Of a DNA stretch of 64,000 nt, positions 37,805 through 52,344 are shown piece by piece (position 1 is the stretch's first letter; each line of letters starts with the position of its first letter). Under the pieces are notes generated by a model that was not told the DNA's origin, did no database searches, and worked only from the letters and a program-made list of their open reading frames with translations. A program made the translations under genes and the position numbers. The stretch covers positions 1,736,001-1,800,000 of the forward strand of contig NC_043017.1 in the NCBI RefSeq assembly GCF_006345805.1, written 5' to 3'. Source of the DNA: Octopus sinensis. Its lineage: Eukaryota.

Positions 37805-39114
37805 ATAATGTTGTCATTGAGAGCCAAAGGTGTCGGTAATGCTGCTATAGACATACCATAGTTAAGTTCCCCGGTCGTTCAGTCGGCAAACATATACGCA
37901 CGTGTATGGTAAGGATGTTGGCTACTCCGCAGGGGAAAAAAGGATACCTGTTAAGGGACAGATGAACTCACAAATGTCATTCAATATTTATGTCTTTGCT
38001 TCGAAATCTTTTTAGGCAAATGAAATTTCGAAATAAAAACTGCTTCATTGCCAACATGGATCATTTGCTGTTGCTTGTCTCTGGATTACTTCGCTTTGTA
38101 AGTGAGTATTTTAGTGGTGTTGTGCGATATGTTATTGACTTTCACCATGGGTCTTACGAAAACCCATAATCTCTTTGAAATTTAGGACGTGATAATTTTT
38201 CAGCGCTAGACACAGACTTCTAAGAAATATTCACCACCATGGATACATGATTGCGTTTTATGCTGTTTCAAATGTTTAGTTTTGGGGCGACATGGAAGTC
38301 AAATGCCAAATTCAAAATAAAAGAATTTAAGAAAGTAAAAACCATTTTTTGTCTGCTTATATTTGTCAAAACATTTTGGCAGCAATCGTAACATTTGTAA
38401 ACCGGTTCAAATTCATTTCCTTGGTGTCATCTAAATTTTCCATTATTGTAGACTTCCTGGGAATTTCTAGCTTTGTTCTTCGTTGTAAAACCATAATCGG
38501 GTCGGATTATTGTTTTCTAAATATGTAAACAAAACAGGTTATACAACTCAGTAACGATTGACACTCGTGATGTACGTTGATAAAATTTTCGGAGTGTTTT
38601 AGCTAAAACTCTGAGAAATGAATTAGAATGAGAAAGAAACCAAAACGAACAATTTCGCGTTCGTTCAAATTTGCATCATAATTAAATTGCGTAAAGTTAA
38701 AATATAAAAAAATCCGTTGTTAATGTTTTGAATACGGAGTGAATTTCATTTACATCTTCTTTAGCAAAAAAGTATTTTGCTTTTTTAAACTTCCCATCAC
38801 TCTACTCTCAGAAACTCTATTTCATATATACATGTTTATATCGACATGTTATATTTATGTTTAAATGTACGTAACATGTATGCATGTATGGGTGTCACAT
38901 GACGATACTTTTTCAAATCGTAAGCTGTATATTTTGACTAAAGAAAATTGCAAATGGACTCTAACAAAGAAGAAAAAGTAGTGTTAAATACTTAGCGATC
39001 TTAGAACTCCGCAATGCGAGTACGGTAAGAGCGAAATTACTGTCTGTATCCCGAACAAAATAGTCATATTTTACATTTGCAAAATTTCGTAACTTCTGGT
39101 AGTCGTAATACATG

Positions 39115-39260
39115 TTATGCGCTACGAATCATTTCTATGTGTTTATGATCCGACACTATTAACGTGATGTCGTTGGAATATACCGACACACATCTCTCAC
39201 ATCCTAGCTCGCGCAGGATGCTTTGCAACGCCTCCAGTCTGTGTAATAGTGACACGAGAA
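39115..39260 (-). mobile_element. Fragment of L1/Tx1-like RT
   Basis: LRELGCERCVSVYSNDITLIVS resembles PRELGCGTSVSAYADDVTVIVS in the element at 41677-42567. Confidence 0.7.
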
Positions 39261-40426
39261 TCATTACATAAGTCAAAAGAGAGGGAGTAAACCTGCCGGA
39301 CAACAAACTCTGGGGATTTCATTATTATTTTGACTGACACAAATTGTGAATCAGTATGAAAAGAAGAAAAACAAAACAGATGACAGGAATAGAAAGAAAC
39401 CCTGGAGTGTTCATAAGGTATAGGAGAGAAATGTTTATCCGCAGAATGTGTAGGCAACGTTCATGCGCGTGAGCCTCTAACATTTTAGACCATTGATAAA
39501 CTTCAACCTTAAGAAGATCAATCATTTCGAGACACAACACACTTGCTTCAGGACATAGAAAACAAGGAAGTTGCTGTCGGAAAACATGCTTTACAACCAG
39601 CCAGAGTTTATAAGAACATAACGCTGGACAACTGCCTCAGTCTGTGACATACATGCCAGTTTATTGCTTCTCCACACTGTAGTCAATAAATCTTCGTCTT
39701 CAATTTCTCTACAAATCACCAACACAAATTCCACGCGAACTAAGAACTTTCGGTGAAGCTGGACATAAAATAACACATTTTGTGCTATTACATTAAAAAA
39801 CAAAAACAAAATTCTCGTTTCTGTGACGTAATTGGCGTTATCTTAAATTTAGCCTAAAATGAACGTTCTTTGTAAAATAAAAATTGAATAGTTTAAACAG
39901 AGTTACGTCCCGTCATGACAAGAGGAGAGGGGAAAAGAATATTAAGAGTTGCCTCCCATGAATAATGGCCCAATTTAGTTGTTTCCCTTCCTTCTTCGGG
40001 TGTAAAGAAAGCAAAATTTCGATCCCAGCAAAAGTAAAAAAAAAGAAGCTTTTGCTGAAATGAGACAAAGAGGAAGAATGGATGAAGCGCGAGGGTTAGA
40101 GATAGTGTCTCCCGTCCATAATGTATATGAAACGGCTTTCTAAAAGTTGGGGAGCAAAAAGAAACCTTGCCATTTGTTGGATGATAAAGTTCATCAAATG
40201 AAACGAATGTTATGTTGCCATCGCAGGTTACATCTGCCGTGTCAGGGAGGCTGTTAAGGCAGCAGTGGGTGTCACGCTTGGTACCAGGTTCATGTAACAC
40301 GTGATGGAATTTCCTCTTCTTCAGACAGACAGACAGACAGACAGACCGGCAGATGGAGAAACTGTCACATAAAGAGACAGACTGTCAGACAGACAGAGAG
40401 ACAGACAGAGAGCAAGACAGACAGAC

Positions 40427-40457
<31 letters not shown>

Positions 40458-40458
40458 C

Positions 40459-40493
<35 letters not shown>

Positions 40494-40499
40494 GAGAGA

Positions 40500-43400
40500 T
40501 AATTTTTTATTGTGGCCACACAGGGCTAAACACAGAATAAAAATGGACGAAATACAATGTAGAGTTTTTTCTTTTCGAGGTGGGATGGGTGGGACACGAA
40601 AAAATAAAAATAAACGTTCAATCAATAGGGATCTGTGGGTTGTGTGGTGTATAAAAAAGCAATATATATATATATATAAAGTTCACAGTCTAGGTGTAGC
40701 CTTGGAAAGAAAAACCTACAAAAAAGACCAAGGTCACCTCAGACAATTCGAAAAAGAACACACGAGTAAGTCGCCTTACTTCTCGTTGTCTCTTTTGGTT
40801 ACAGATTTACGCTTAAAATAGTGTCGTCTTTCACACTGACCATTTTTGCCACTTTCACCCACTTTTTATTAAAACATTCGTTCGACAAAGCCTTCCTCTC
40901 TATTCTCATCCTCCTTTTCAAGTGGTACTTGAAAAAATTGACGAGAAACTGACCAGAGAGGAAGGTGTGTTTTTTGCAGTCCTTGCAAACGCGTCCACCA
41001 CACACATTCTTTCGCCGTAGCCATCAGCGTAACGAACCCTGTTTTCCCTTCCCGTTTAAAGGAAAGTGATGGAACAATATTCACGATAGACTCGGCCGAT
41101 AAGCGGGCCCATCCTACACGCGACAACAGCTGTTCGACGAAGGTCCACAGCTCTGAAATATCTGGACACAGCACGAGCGCGTGCAGAACGGTTTCGTCGC
41201 TCTGACCGCATCTCGGGCAGGTCGGTCCGGTGATGGTTTTCGAACCGTGCCTGTAGCTCTTCTCTCGAACAGGTAGGGCGTCTCGATAGCATTGCCAAGC
41301 CAGGGATTTCTGGAAGTTATCCATAGTCCCCGGCCCGAAAAGTCGTCCTGAACAGGCGGGTTAGGAATTTCTCGTCGACGCCCAGGTTTGCCCCGAGTGT
41401 GTCGTCGGACCTCCCCTCCACTAGTCCTCTATAGAACGCTTTAGTCGTTTGTAAGTTACACAAGTTTGACCCCGGTCGGCAGAGCTGCTGTAGAGCTTGG
41501 CGACACTCTCGGTGCCAATCGCCCAGTTTCGGTCTCTTCTTGATCCACGTTTGCAGTTCGGTCAGTGAGACGAGCTGGGTGAAGGCGCGCCTCACAAACG
41601 GCCCCCACACCTGTTCACCGTCGTCGATGAAGTTCCAGAGATGTCGCAGTCTCAGAGCATGCCTGCGCATCATTAACTATGGCATGCCCAGTCCTCTATT
41701 CAACGGATGTTGACAGCAAATGGACTTCATCACCATCGGAACGCCACCCTTCCACAGGAAGCGGAAGAGTATGCGTTCCAGTTTGGCGATGGTGACGTCG
41801 GGACAAGGCACGACGGTCAGGCGGTAATCGATGACGGATGCGATGTACGCGTTCGCCACCTCCGCCCGACCTTTTAGAGACAGCGTTCTCTCGGCCCATG
41901 TTTGGCTGAGAGCGACCACTCTACTCGTGATCTCGTCCCAGTTCTTATCCATTTGGAGGTTCGGACTGAACCAGACCCCGAGCAATTTAACCGGTCCGCC
42001 CGTCCAGCGTCCCACTACTGAGCCGCAGTCGGACAGCATGGGCTTGCTTCTCCAAGTGCCGAGTAGCAAATCCACTGACTTTTCCGGGTTAATTTTCGCT
42101 CCCGTCACCGTTTCGTATTTTCTTAGTGTCTCGCCTATCATCTGGATGTGTTTTTTGCTCGACACTATGACGGTGACATCGTCCGCATATGCCGACACGC
42201 TCGTCCCGCAACCCAGTTCCCGTGGGATGCCCCTCAGTGTCGCCAGCTTCCGCAGTAGCGGCTCGAGAGTCAATACATACAGAAGCGCCGACAGGGGACA
42301 CCCCTGACGGACCGAACGCGTGATGTCAAACGGTTTCGACAGGTGACCGTTCACCCGAATCACCGATCGGATGCCGCTATACAAGGCAGCGATCCAACCG
42401 CGGAAGACGGGACCGAAGCCAGCCGCCCTGAGGACGGCCGCCAAGTACCGATGGTCGACCCTATCGAAGGCTTTAGACTGATCCAAATTGATCAGCGCCC
42501 CACCCATGCCAGGATCCTTAACTACCCTGTCCACAATGTGGCACATCAGATGGAGGTTGTCCATCATGTTTGCGCTCTGTCGACAAGTTTACCAATGACA
42601 AGCGCCAACCTCTCGGCTATTACTTTGGCCAAAATTTTCAAATCTGCGTTGAGCAGAGTGATGGGGCTGAAATTATCTATAGAATTCCCCTTGTTTGGGT
42701 CTTTCTTCAGCAACGTCACTGCACCTCGGCTCACGAAACCGGGGATTCTCCCGTTTTGTTGCCAGTTGCAGTAGACTGATGCCAAGAGGTCGCCAAACAA
42801 GTCTGGCATTTGACAATACAGCTCGTAGGGTAAACCATCCAATCCAGGCGACTTATCCCTCGCGCAGCCCGCCATCGCATCCCGCACGTCAGCGGCTGTG
42901 ATGGGACTTTCACAACACTCCGCTTCTTTTGCCGAGAACCGCGGCATGTCGGTCAGGTAGGCACTGAAATCCATCCCGCGTTCCGACCCACCACTCGCAC
43001 CAAACAGTCGAGCAAAGTGCTGTTGAAAGGCCTCACACATCCTTTCGGATTCGAGTAAACTGCATCCCTATTGATCTTTCAGAGACCGAATGGTGGCTCT
43101 GTTGCCACGTTGCGCCTCCGCTACCCGGGCCTCTCGCGCAGCTTCGATCCCTTCGTTCCTTAAGGCACGCATTTTAGCTCTGACGACGCAACCTTCGTGC
43201 TTGGCGTTGAGGTGTTGGTCGAGGGCCATCCTCGAAGCCAGCACGTTGGTTGCGCTGCCAGTGGTAAGTGACACTTCTAGTTTCTTAACCAGGTCTCCCT
43301 CTACCCTATTTCCAACTATCGCTAATTCCTTGCTAAACCTAATTGATTCCGATTTTATTGCCATTTTCAGGGCGAACCACCAGCGGTTGTTAACGACGAC

Positions 43401-46400
43401 TCCCGTCAGCGCCCTCTTAATTACCTCGCTAATCCGGTTCCTGTAAACCTGTCGCACTAAGAGCGACCTGTTCAGTTTCCAGTAACCGGGACCCTGTCTA
43501 TGTGTCTTATCTAAGTCGAGCGTACACGTCACAAATTTGTGATCTGTGTAGCTGACTATTTTAAATTGTGGACATCCTACACTATCCCTATCCGTTGTCC
43601 TGCATAGAATTCTATCTAGATAAGATCTCGACGATCCGACGCGCTTTGTCTAAGTCCACGTTGGCACGTTCGGATGGTCGAGTCGGAACGTGTCAGACAA
43701 ATGGAAACGTCTGATAGGTCTTTGAGGCACTTACACCCCCTTCTATTCCTATCCATTCCCACATAATCTAGATGCGTGTCCAAGGTAGCGTTCCAATCCA
43801 CTTCTAACAGTAAAGATCTAGACGTACCCAGGAAAACCTCTAGACGTCTGAAGAAATCCGCCCGACCCGTTAAGGACGGTGCATAAACTGCCATCAGACG
43901 GAATGCACACCCATTTCTGCCATTCACGTCCAAGACAACCAGCCTACCCTCCGGATCTAGGAATATTGTTCTTACTTTTACGTTTAAACTCTTTCGAAAA
44001 AGCACCGCGGTACCTCCACCACCCATGTTCGGCAGACAGGGAGAAAAATAAATGTCGATTTGATCGCCAAACATGGATGCGAGGGCCCGCGGCTTGTTGA
44101 GTCTGGTTTCACTGATAGCTACTATATCCACGTTCAGTGATTGATGTCGTTTAGAAGGTAACCTTGTTTCCAAGCCGACGCCAAGCCACGCGCATTCACA
44201 CATTGACGTTTAATTGACGTTTAAGAAATTTGTGTTTCACACACTACATTGGAAGAGACAAGAGCCAAGAGGGCAGGTCACTCACTCATTTCGAAAGTTT
44301 CAGTTTTTTCTTCTTTTGTAGTGTCTTTGAGGAGGTGTTTGAATAGTTTTTTTGATAGGTATCTTTGAAACCCCCTACCGCATTTGGAAATATGGTTTTC
44401 AGTGTATGGTGTTGTGTTTGTTTTATGTGTACAATTCTTATGAGTTTCGGTGGTGTAGTGCGCGGATGATTATTTGTCTTAAAGTCATCTTCACAGATGT
44501 TCTTGTTGGATGCAATGTAATCCATTAGTTTTTTATTGTCTGTGTCTATTGCTGTTAGTTGTGTGTGAGGTTTTGCGGGGTCATTGAGTTTTTGATTGTC
44601 TAAGGGGATGCTGTCCGGAGTTAAATATCACCCTGCTTTACTTACTTGTTTGGTGGGGTTTTTTTTATCTTTTCCTTTTACCCCCTGTGGCTATTTGCCA
44701 TTCTGTTTGCCATTCTGTCGAACTTTCCTCGTTGGACGACGAGTCCGACGAATCAGAAGGGGGTAAAGGCAAAGCTTTTGCGTTAATATTTATGTTTATA
44801 GAAATTGTTGATGTTTTGTGCGGTGTTGTGTTGTTGTGGTGTTAGGGGTAGAATTTGTCTTCCCGTCACTGTTTTCTGTTTGCTTAGTTGTCGTCCTTGG
44901 TGCTGGTGTTGGTCTATCTTTTGGTGTTAGTTCAGTATCTTTAATTGGTTGCGACGTCAACGATGAATGTGTTGGTGCTGTTTCTTTTCTTAGTGATGTT
45001 GTTGGGGTTTGTTTGCTGGTTTGTTGTTTTTCTTGGCATTGTTCCATAATTGAGTGTGTTTGTGTTGGTAACAAGGGTTTTTTATTTGTTTTCTGATTTG
45101 TTCTTTCTTGTTTTTTCTCTCCTAGAACGCACTTTGCAATTAAATGTTCTGGGCTGCCACAGTTGTAGCATCTTGTTTTTTTTCCCTTCTGCTACAACAT
45201 ATAGGCTTTACCCATTTTCTAAATGAATCCTATCAGGTAGGTTCTCGATAGAGGACCCATCAATCTGGATGGTAACTTCTATCGATTTACCACCCCAATT
45301 GTCATTTTTGTACACGGCGATTTCTAATATATTTATCGTTTTTAAATGGTAACATATCGCCGATGTTATCCATTTGGATGGTATATCTGTTTGGACATTT
45401 TTAATTCTAATTTTGCTCACTCTTTGTCCTTTGTAATACTGAATCATGATGATTTCATCATTTTGTAAAGTCTCCGTAGAGTGAGCTTTTGCCACTTCCT
45501 GGTCAGGGAAGCGGACCACCACTATATTAACCTGGGGACCCCAGTTTATAAATTCTTTTTTTTACATGATGTTTTTTGCACACTTTTCTATGTCCGTTTT
45601 TGTTATCTGTTCATTTTGTCTTTTGTTTTTTTTTAATATAATTTTATATATAATTGTCTTATTTTCTATTTGTTCCTTTATGTGTTGAGGTGTATGCAGC
45701 ACTAAATCCTTCCCTTGGGTTGTAAAGAGTGCTCTCGTTTCTATCAACTTTTCATTTGTAAATTTTATTATTTCTTTTTTCTGACGCAGGGTGTCAGCGA
45801 AATTCACTGTTCTATTCTGGCAGTTGTTGTCGTTGTGTGTTTTTGTTGTTGTTTTATCCGAAATATTCTTGGACGTGGCTTTTTCAGGTACCATTGTTTC
45901 TGATATGTTAATAATATCTTCACTATTGGATGATATAATATTTATTTCATTTTTGTCGTTGTTATTGTTGTTGTTGTTGTTGTTAATGGTATTTGTGTCA
46001 GTTACATTTTTATCATTTATGTTGGTGGTGGTGGTGTATTTAGCAGTGGTAGTTTCGTTGTTGTTGTTGTTGGTGGTGGTGGAGGTCGTGGCAGGGCTGT
46101 TAACGAAAGTGGTTACAGCGTTCACTTCCACGTCACTCAGGTTTGTCTTTGATGTATTGCTGGTCATGTCTGTTCTATTCGAATGCGTGTGCGTGCAGGA
46201 GTTCTTTTTTTCTCCTAGCGTTTCAAGGCTAGGGAAATGCTGTCCCATGAAGGAATTTGACCAGCGTTCGACAATAAAATTTCTCGACATTAAAAAATGT
46301 CGAGAAGAAAAATATACAATTTAATTAGGGTTGAAACTGCCCCTAGGGGCGAATTCCTCCCTTGGAAAAGTACTCAAACGAAAGTTGGGTGCTGTACACA

Positions 46401-46492
46401 CCTTATTTACAAAAATGTACACAAAATGTGGGTTATAAATAGTCAAAATAAACGATTACCTTCGGAGCCGAAGTGACAACACGTCAGTCGAT
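40500..46492 (-). mobile_element. Near full-length L1/Tx1-like non-LTR retrotransposon (frameshifted)
   Basis: ORF1 remnants at 44286-46290 include the zinc knuckle CYNCGSPEHLIAKC (~45130-45180). ORF2 has APE (43616-44203: DIVAISET...SDH), RT (VRQGCPLS, AYADD) and a C-terminal CPRC..ETVLH domain. 3' end aataaaaaatt at ~40500. Confidence 0.93.
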
Positions 46493-46497
46493 ATATA

Positions 46498-46541
<44 letters not shown>

Positions 46542-46546
46542 TATAT

Positions 46547-46592
<46 letters not shown>

Positions 46593-46593
46593 G

Positions 46594-46677
<84 letters not shown>

Positions 46678-46741
46678 TATATGGGTAATTGTGATATTGC
46701 GATTTATTTTCAAGAAATAGAGCTTTTCCCCGTTGTGAACA

Positions 46742-47137
46742 TACGTGGTCTGATCAATAAGTATCCGGACTGTTGCCATAGTAATGAAGCTAAAGCGTGG
46801 AGAGTAAAGCCGCTTGACACAGATTGGTGTTGAACTCTTCTCTGTATGCACACTAAATTTTAACGTTCTAGCTCACTTCTGCTGTTTACAGTAGTGCTTG
46901 GAAGGAAGGTGTGTAGTGTTTGATCCTTGGATGACGTAAAAAGATACCTTGATGAATTCTTTGCCATGAAACCACCTCATTTCTGAGAAGAGGGTATTTT
47001 CAAGTTAAAAGAAAGATGGAGACGCATTGTGCAAGAAAATGGTTCATATTTGGTTGATTAAAAATATAATGGCAAGTATTTATTGACATTTTTCCTTCCT
47101 TTAAATATCGGCACAAACTTTCCGGACAACCCAATAT
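46742..47137 (+). mobile_element. Chimeric mariner relic (5' end of one family, 3' end of another)
   Basis: 5' part resembles 36360-36480. The 3' part encodes LDDVKRYLDEFFAMKPPHF..GIFKLKERWRRIVQENG. The two termini are not inverted repeats of each other. Confidence 0.6.
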
Positions 47138-47844
47138 ATCCCTCTGCTTATGGTGTGAATAGATTTCTAAAGAGATTGCAACTGTGTACTGAAAGATTCT
47201 GATAGCCTTTCAAAACAATTCTATAGGCTAACTGCTATAGAAGGAATGTCTTGAATCAAAATGCTTTTAATTTTAGGAGGTTCATACTTTCAGACACCAA
47301 ACAATCCTTACATATTAATCAGACAAATATTTTTTTCAATATTTTTCGAAGTAAAAGTCAATCCATTATATTCCCATTTTACATGTGAAATCGTCTTGTA
47401 CTCCGAAGATTACTTTCTTGTGAAGTCATGATATGCCTTGAAGTTTCTGATTTTTCATTTATATCATCACTACGATTTTCCGTGGTTTTAAAATTTGATA
47501 AATTCAACCAGATCTTTATGGGCAACATATTTCGTCTTTGAGCCAATGAAAAGGTGAAATTTACTGAAACAATCTTTGAGTAGACTAAAATGAAGATCTC
47601 ACTCGGTAAAGGAACTGATTTGGAATCATCCCAATTTGAAATCATCTTTTTTAAAATTTTATAGAATCCGTAAACGAGTTAGATTTTCCAAAATTTTTAA
47701 AACCTGTACAGTTTACGGCTACATATTAAATTCGAACAAAATATGTTCCAATTAATTTATATATGCAGTAATTAACGGCTTTGTACAAATTTCAGAAATA
47801 TAAATCAAGTTATTTTTTATTGTTTATTTACGTCATATAGAGGA

Positions 47845-48150
47845 ATATGGCCTAGTGGTTAGAGTAGCGGACTCGCGGTCGAGGTATCGCGGATTCGAAT
47901 CTCAGACCGGGTGATGTGTGTGTTTATGTGCGAAAACACATAAGCTCCACGCAGCTCCGGCAGAAGGTAATGGCGAACTTCTGCTGACTCTTTCGCCACA
48001 ACTTTCTCTCACTCTTTCCTCCTGCATCTTGCAGCTCACCTGCGACAGACCGGCGTCCCGTCCAGGTGGAGAACCTATACACCAAGGAAACCGGGAAACC
48101 GTCCCTAATGAGCCAGAGATGGCTCGAGAAGGAGCAAACAACAATTTGCG
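47845..48150 (+). mobile_element. tRNA-derived SINE (family 2-related)
   Basis: Head ggcctagtggttagagtagcggactcgcgg...ttcgaatc. Confidence 0.8.
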
Positions 48151-49149
48151 TCATATATAATTTTACGCCCAGTTATCGTACCCAAAGCTAGGTAAGGTAT
48201 GTTATCAATTTATTTAGAATAATTCCCTATAAAACTCAATGGAAAATAATTTGTCTTAATACTAATAACTTACTAATAGTAATTACTAATCAAATTTAAA
48301 GAACATAATGGGTCGGAAATAAATACCACAAGATTTTTTTCTAACAGTAATAAGACACAAAAACAGAAGAGTAGGGATACTGTATTAAATGAGCCCCTGG
48401 ATATTACTAGTACAGATTACGTTAGCCCCAGAGTGACAATAGATACTCTGATAGGATTTGAACTTAGAACATAAAGAGACAAAAGTAAATTCTAGAGTCA
48501 GAGAAAAGTGGGACATTAGGAGAGAGAGAGAAGGAGGCAAAGAGAAAGAAATGAAAAAGAAAGAAAGAAACAAAGAAGGGAGGTTTTTTTTACATGGAAT
48601 CAAAAGGAGAGTGGATTTGAACTTGTAACGTTAAGGTAATGGACGATGAGATGAAGTAAAGAATCTAGTCAAGTAAGAAAAGTAATAATAATTATGGTGA
48701 TTAATAATTAATGAAGGAGATTTCAGTATCGGGATTTCAGTGTGGAAGAAAGTAGAACAATCAATGATGGGATTAAGACCTGAATGACTTAATGAAACCA
48801 TAAAGGTCACAGATATGGATATTTCAGCTCACTGGGGACCTACATTTGATCAGCCCAATGTAGAGGTGTGTCACCATTTTCAGCCACTGCGTGAGAACAG
48901 GCCAGATGCAGAGATGTAAAGCCATTGATATTTTGATGGTTAAGCTGAAAATAAGAGAATAAAATCATTTAAAATGGGGGTCTAGAAGGGGAGGAAGAGA
49001 AGAATTGAAAGAAAAACACTTGGAGAAAGAGAAGATGAAGAATCAGGTTAATTAAACAAGTGGGGTGATTGGTTGGGGAAGTACTTAAGTGAGGGTTATG
49101 TTGCATTTATACACACATATACACGCATTATACACACATATACACGCAT

Positions 49150-49530
49150 CAAAAAATAGAAGAAATTCTAAAAAAGTGCTCATGAGAACTGCTCATATCC
49201 CAAGAAAAATATTGTCTATGTAATTCCGAAAACATTTTAAGATGTAAACGTTATCGAAAGTAATTTAAACGTTCATAATAGCCAACACCGTTTACTGTCA
49301 TATTACAATCAAACTATCGTCTTACCAATTACTTTTTAAAACAAACTTTTAATTTTCTTATATGTTGACAGACACTTTCCAGAACAATACTCCACGCAAA
49401 ACCAAATATTTGATACCCTAGTCATAATACCGTGTTGAAATTACTATCTTGTTGTCTCTTGAGGTCTGTGGGTGAGACTTGGAGTCAACTTGTATAAATA
49501 AAAGACAAAAGCTAAATATATAATAATAAT
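49150..49530 (+). mobile_element. R4/Dong 3' end remnant
   Basis: EILKKVLMRTAHI and 3' UTR ttgtctcttgaggtct.tgggtgagacttggag shared with 57302-57580; followed by (TAA)n. Confidence 0.75.
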
Positions 49531-49564
49531 AATGATGATACTACTACTACTACAACTACTTCTT

Positions 49565-49608
<44 letters not shown>

Positions 49609-49644
49609 GATGATGATGATGGTGATGATGATGATGATGATGAC

Positions 49645-52320
49645 ATATTTTATTTGCCACGGGGGTGAAGAATGAGGAGTACAATATAAAGACAGACATA
49701 AATTGTTGGGGTTTACATATGACAGAATGGGGTCATTAAAAGAAAAAAGTGAATACACGGAATACATTAGGAAAAGAAAAGCATAAATAGCATGCGACAC
49801 TAGAAAAAAGAAGAGTAATAATTATGGGATCCTCCTGATACAGGAGAACCTCTAGGGATAATCGAGGACTCCAGCCATCCAAGATTCCCCCTGTGTACCA
49901 AGGAGGGAAACACCCTCAACCTCCATTCCTCCGGTTCACGGGACTATACTGAGAGGGGCACCACCCACTCTTGTCGTTTTCGCAACTTCTACCCATCTTT
50001 TCATAACCTCTCTCTTCAGACTCACTTCCTTTTTCAAGAAAAACCTGAAAAAAACCCACGAGAGCTTTATCAAAGGGGGATGTATCTGTCCTCATTCCTT
50101 TCAGCTTCGTCCAACAGACAACCTCTTTCGCCACAACGCCAGACAAAGGAAAACTACCTTGCCTGCCGATTAAAGGAGAGCGGCGAGGCAATCTTCATTA
50201 TGGACTCGGATGACAGACGGATCCGTCCCACACGCGTCAGCTGCTGTCCGAGATAACTCCACAAGACAGCAATGCCCGGACACTGAACGAGCGCATAAGT
50301 GCGAGCAACTCGGAAAATCCCGTCTGTCTGCACATCCGTGCCTGTAGAATTTATTTCGAACCGGTAGCACTGCCAGGCCAAAGACTTCGGGAAATTATCC
50401 ATAACAGTCCCTGACCGGAAAGACCTCGGAATACAGCTGCCAGTTCGTCTTCGTCGACGCCTAAGGTCTCTCAGGGGAAGCCGTCGCACTTCACCGCTGC
50501 TAATCCTCTGTAAATATCTAAATTTGAATATCCACCGATCCTATTGCCAGACTTGTAGAGGACAGTGAGCGTCCGACGTCATTCCAAGTGCCAGACCCCA
50601 ACTCTCGGCCCATCCTTCACCAAGAACTGCAGTTCCGTCAAGGTGACGAGCTGCAGAAAGGCGTGTCTCACAAACGGAGGCCTCACACTTTCACCTTCTA
50701 GAATCGTTGCAGGTCGTGCAACCTGAGTACGCGTTGCAACATGAGTACGACTGAGTACTCAGGTTGTGCAACCTGAGTACGCCTAAGCCGCCATGCAGAG
50801 GGAGTTGACATCAGAGCAACAACCTTACCATTGGAACGCGTCCCTTCCACAAGAAAATAAACAGGATACGATCCAATCTGATCAAGAATTAACTGGGGCA
50901 TGGCAAGACGGTCAGACGATAAAAAATGACAGAGGCGATATAGTCATTCGCCACCTCTACTCGATCTTTTAGGGACAACTTTCTCTCTGCACATTTCTGG
51001 ATAAGGCAGGCCAACCTATCCGTCACTTCTTCCCGATCCTTATCCACCTGGAGGTCGGGACCAAACCAGATCCTCAGCAGTTTAACTGGTCCGTCAGTCC
51101 AGCGTCCGACAACGTCGTCCGATGGCACTTATCTGCTTCTCCCGGTACCCAGTCGCAATCCCACCAACTTGTCGGTATTGATTTTAGCCCCCTGCCACCG
51201 ACTCATATTCCTTTACAATGGAGCCGACCGTTTCCACCTCGAAGGCATCCAACCCCATGACGGTGCCTTCATGACCCCGATGTCGTCCGCGTACCTCGAT
51301 ACTGCCCTCCCGAGTCCAATTTCGAAAGGGAGACATCTTAACTGTTACAACTTCCGCAACAGTGGCTCGAGAACCAGCACATACAGAAGAGGTGACAGCG
51401 GGCAGCCCTGACGGACTGAATGTGCAATACTAAACGGTTCCGAAAAATAGGATATTACTTTGACCACCAAGCAGGTGCTGTGATGCATTGCAACAATCCA
51501 GTCAATAGCTCACTAGCTCTAATGAGCGTGACATCTCAAGAAATACCTCCGGGCATCTGAAGAAATCCGACTGTCACGCCACAGTTGGAGCGTAATTAGT
51601 GATTAGTCTAAAAGCACCACCTTCGATATTTCTTACATCCAGGACCACCAGCTTACCATCCGGGTCCAGTAGATCATTCGAACCTCAATATTCAGGCCTT
51701 TCCTAAACAGCACTGTCAACTTGCCTCATATTCCAGGGTGACTAAGAGAGGCGTAGACCTCAAATAGGGGCTAGATCGCGAGTCAGAAATCTTGGTTTTG
51801 CTGATGTCCATGGCTAGAGACCTCAGGTCGTTGAGGAGGCGCCCTTGCTTCCAAGGTGACCCTAGACCACGAACATTTACACAACCCACTCTAGTCATCG
51901 CCATACCAGCCGGAAAGATTTGCGAGAACGAAAAAGAGCGAGGCTACTAATAATGCCGGCGCTGTTAGCAGCCGGATTGTCTGGCCCCCAGATCTGATTG
52001 TAATTTCACTGAGAGTCCCATTAAAAGTATTTTGGGAGCTATTATATTGGGGGATCTCTCATCGTAGAGGAAGACCTCCTGAATGATTGTGGATGTTGTT
52101 AGTGGGTAATACACTAACAACTGCTCTTCCAGTGTGCTCGTGTCGTGTATTGCTCCTTCTTCCTCAATCTCTTTATTTCCAGATATGAGGGCCATAAGAT
52201 CTTTATTAGCTCCCCTAATTAGGATAAAATTCGGGGTCTGTAAATTTATCAGTTCTTCAGAAAGCTTTCTTTTTGGGTGAAGTGGGGTTGTAGTGGTGTT
52301 GGTTGTGCGGATGGTGGTAG
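49645..52320 (-). mobile_element. Second, more decayed and internally deleted L1/Tx1-like copy
   Basis: MTRVGCVNVRGL (APE), RYADD, GRWTDGPVKLL..WFGPDLQ, and FPKSLAWQCYR homologous to the 40500-46492 copy. Confidence 0.85.
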
Positions 52321-52344
52321 CTTTTGTTTGTTAACGGTTGTGGA

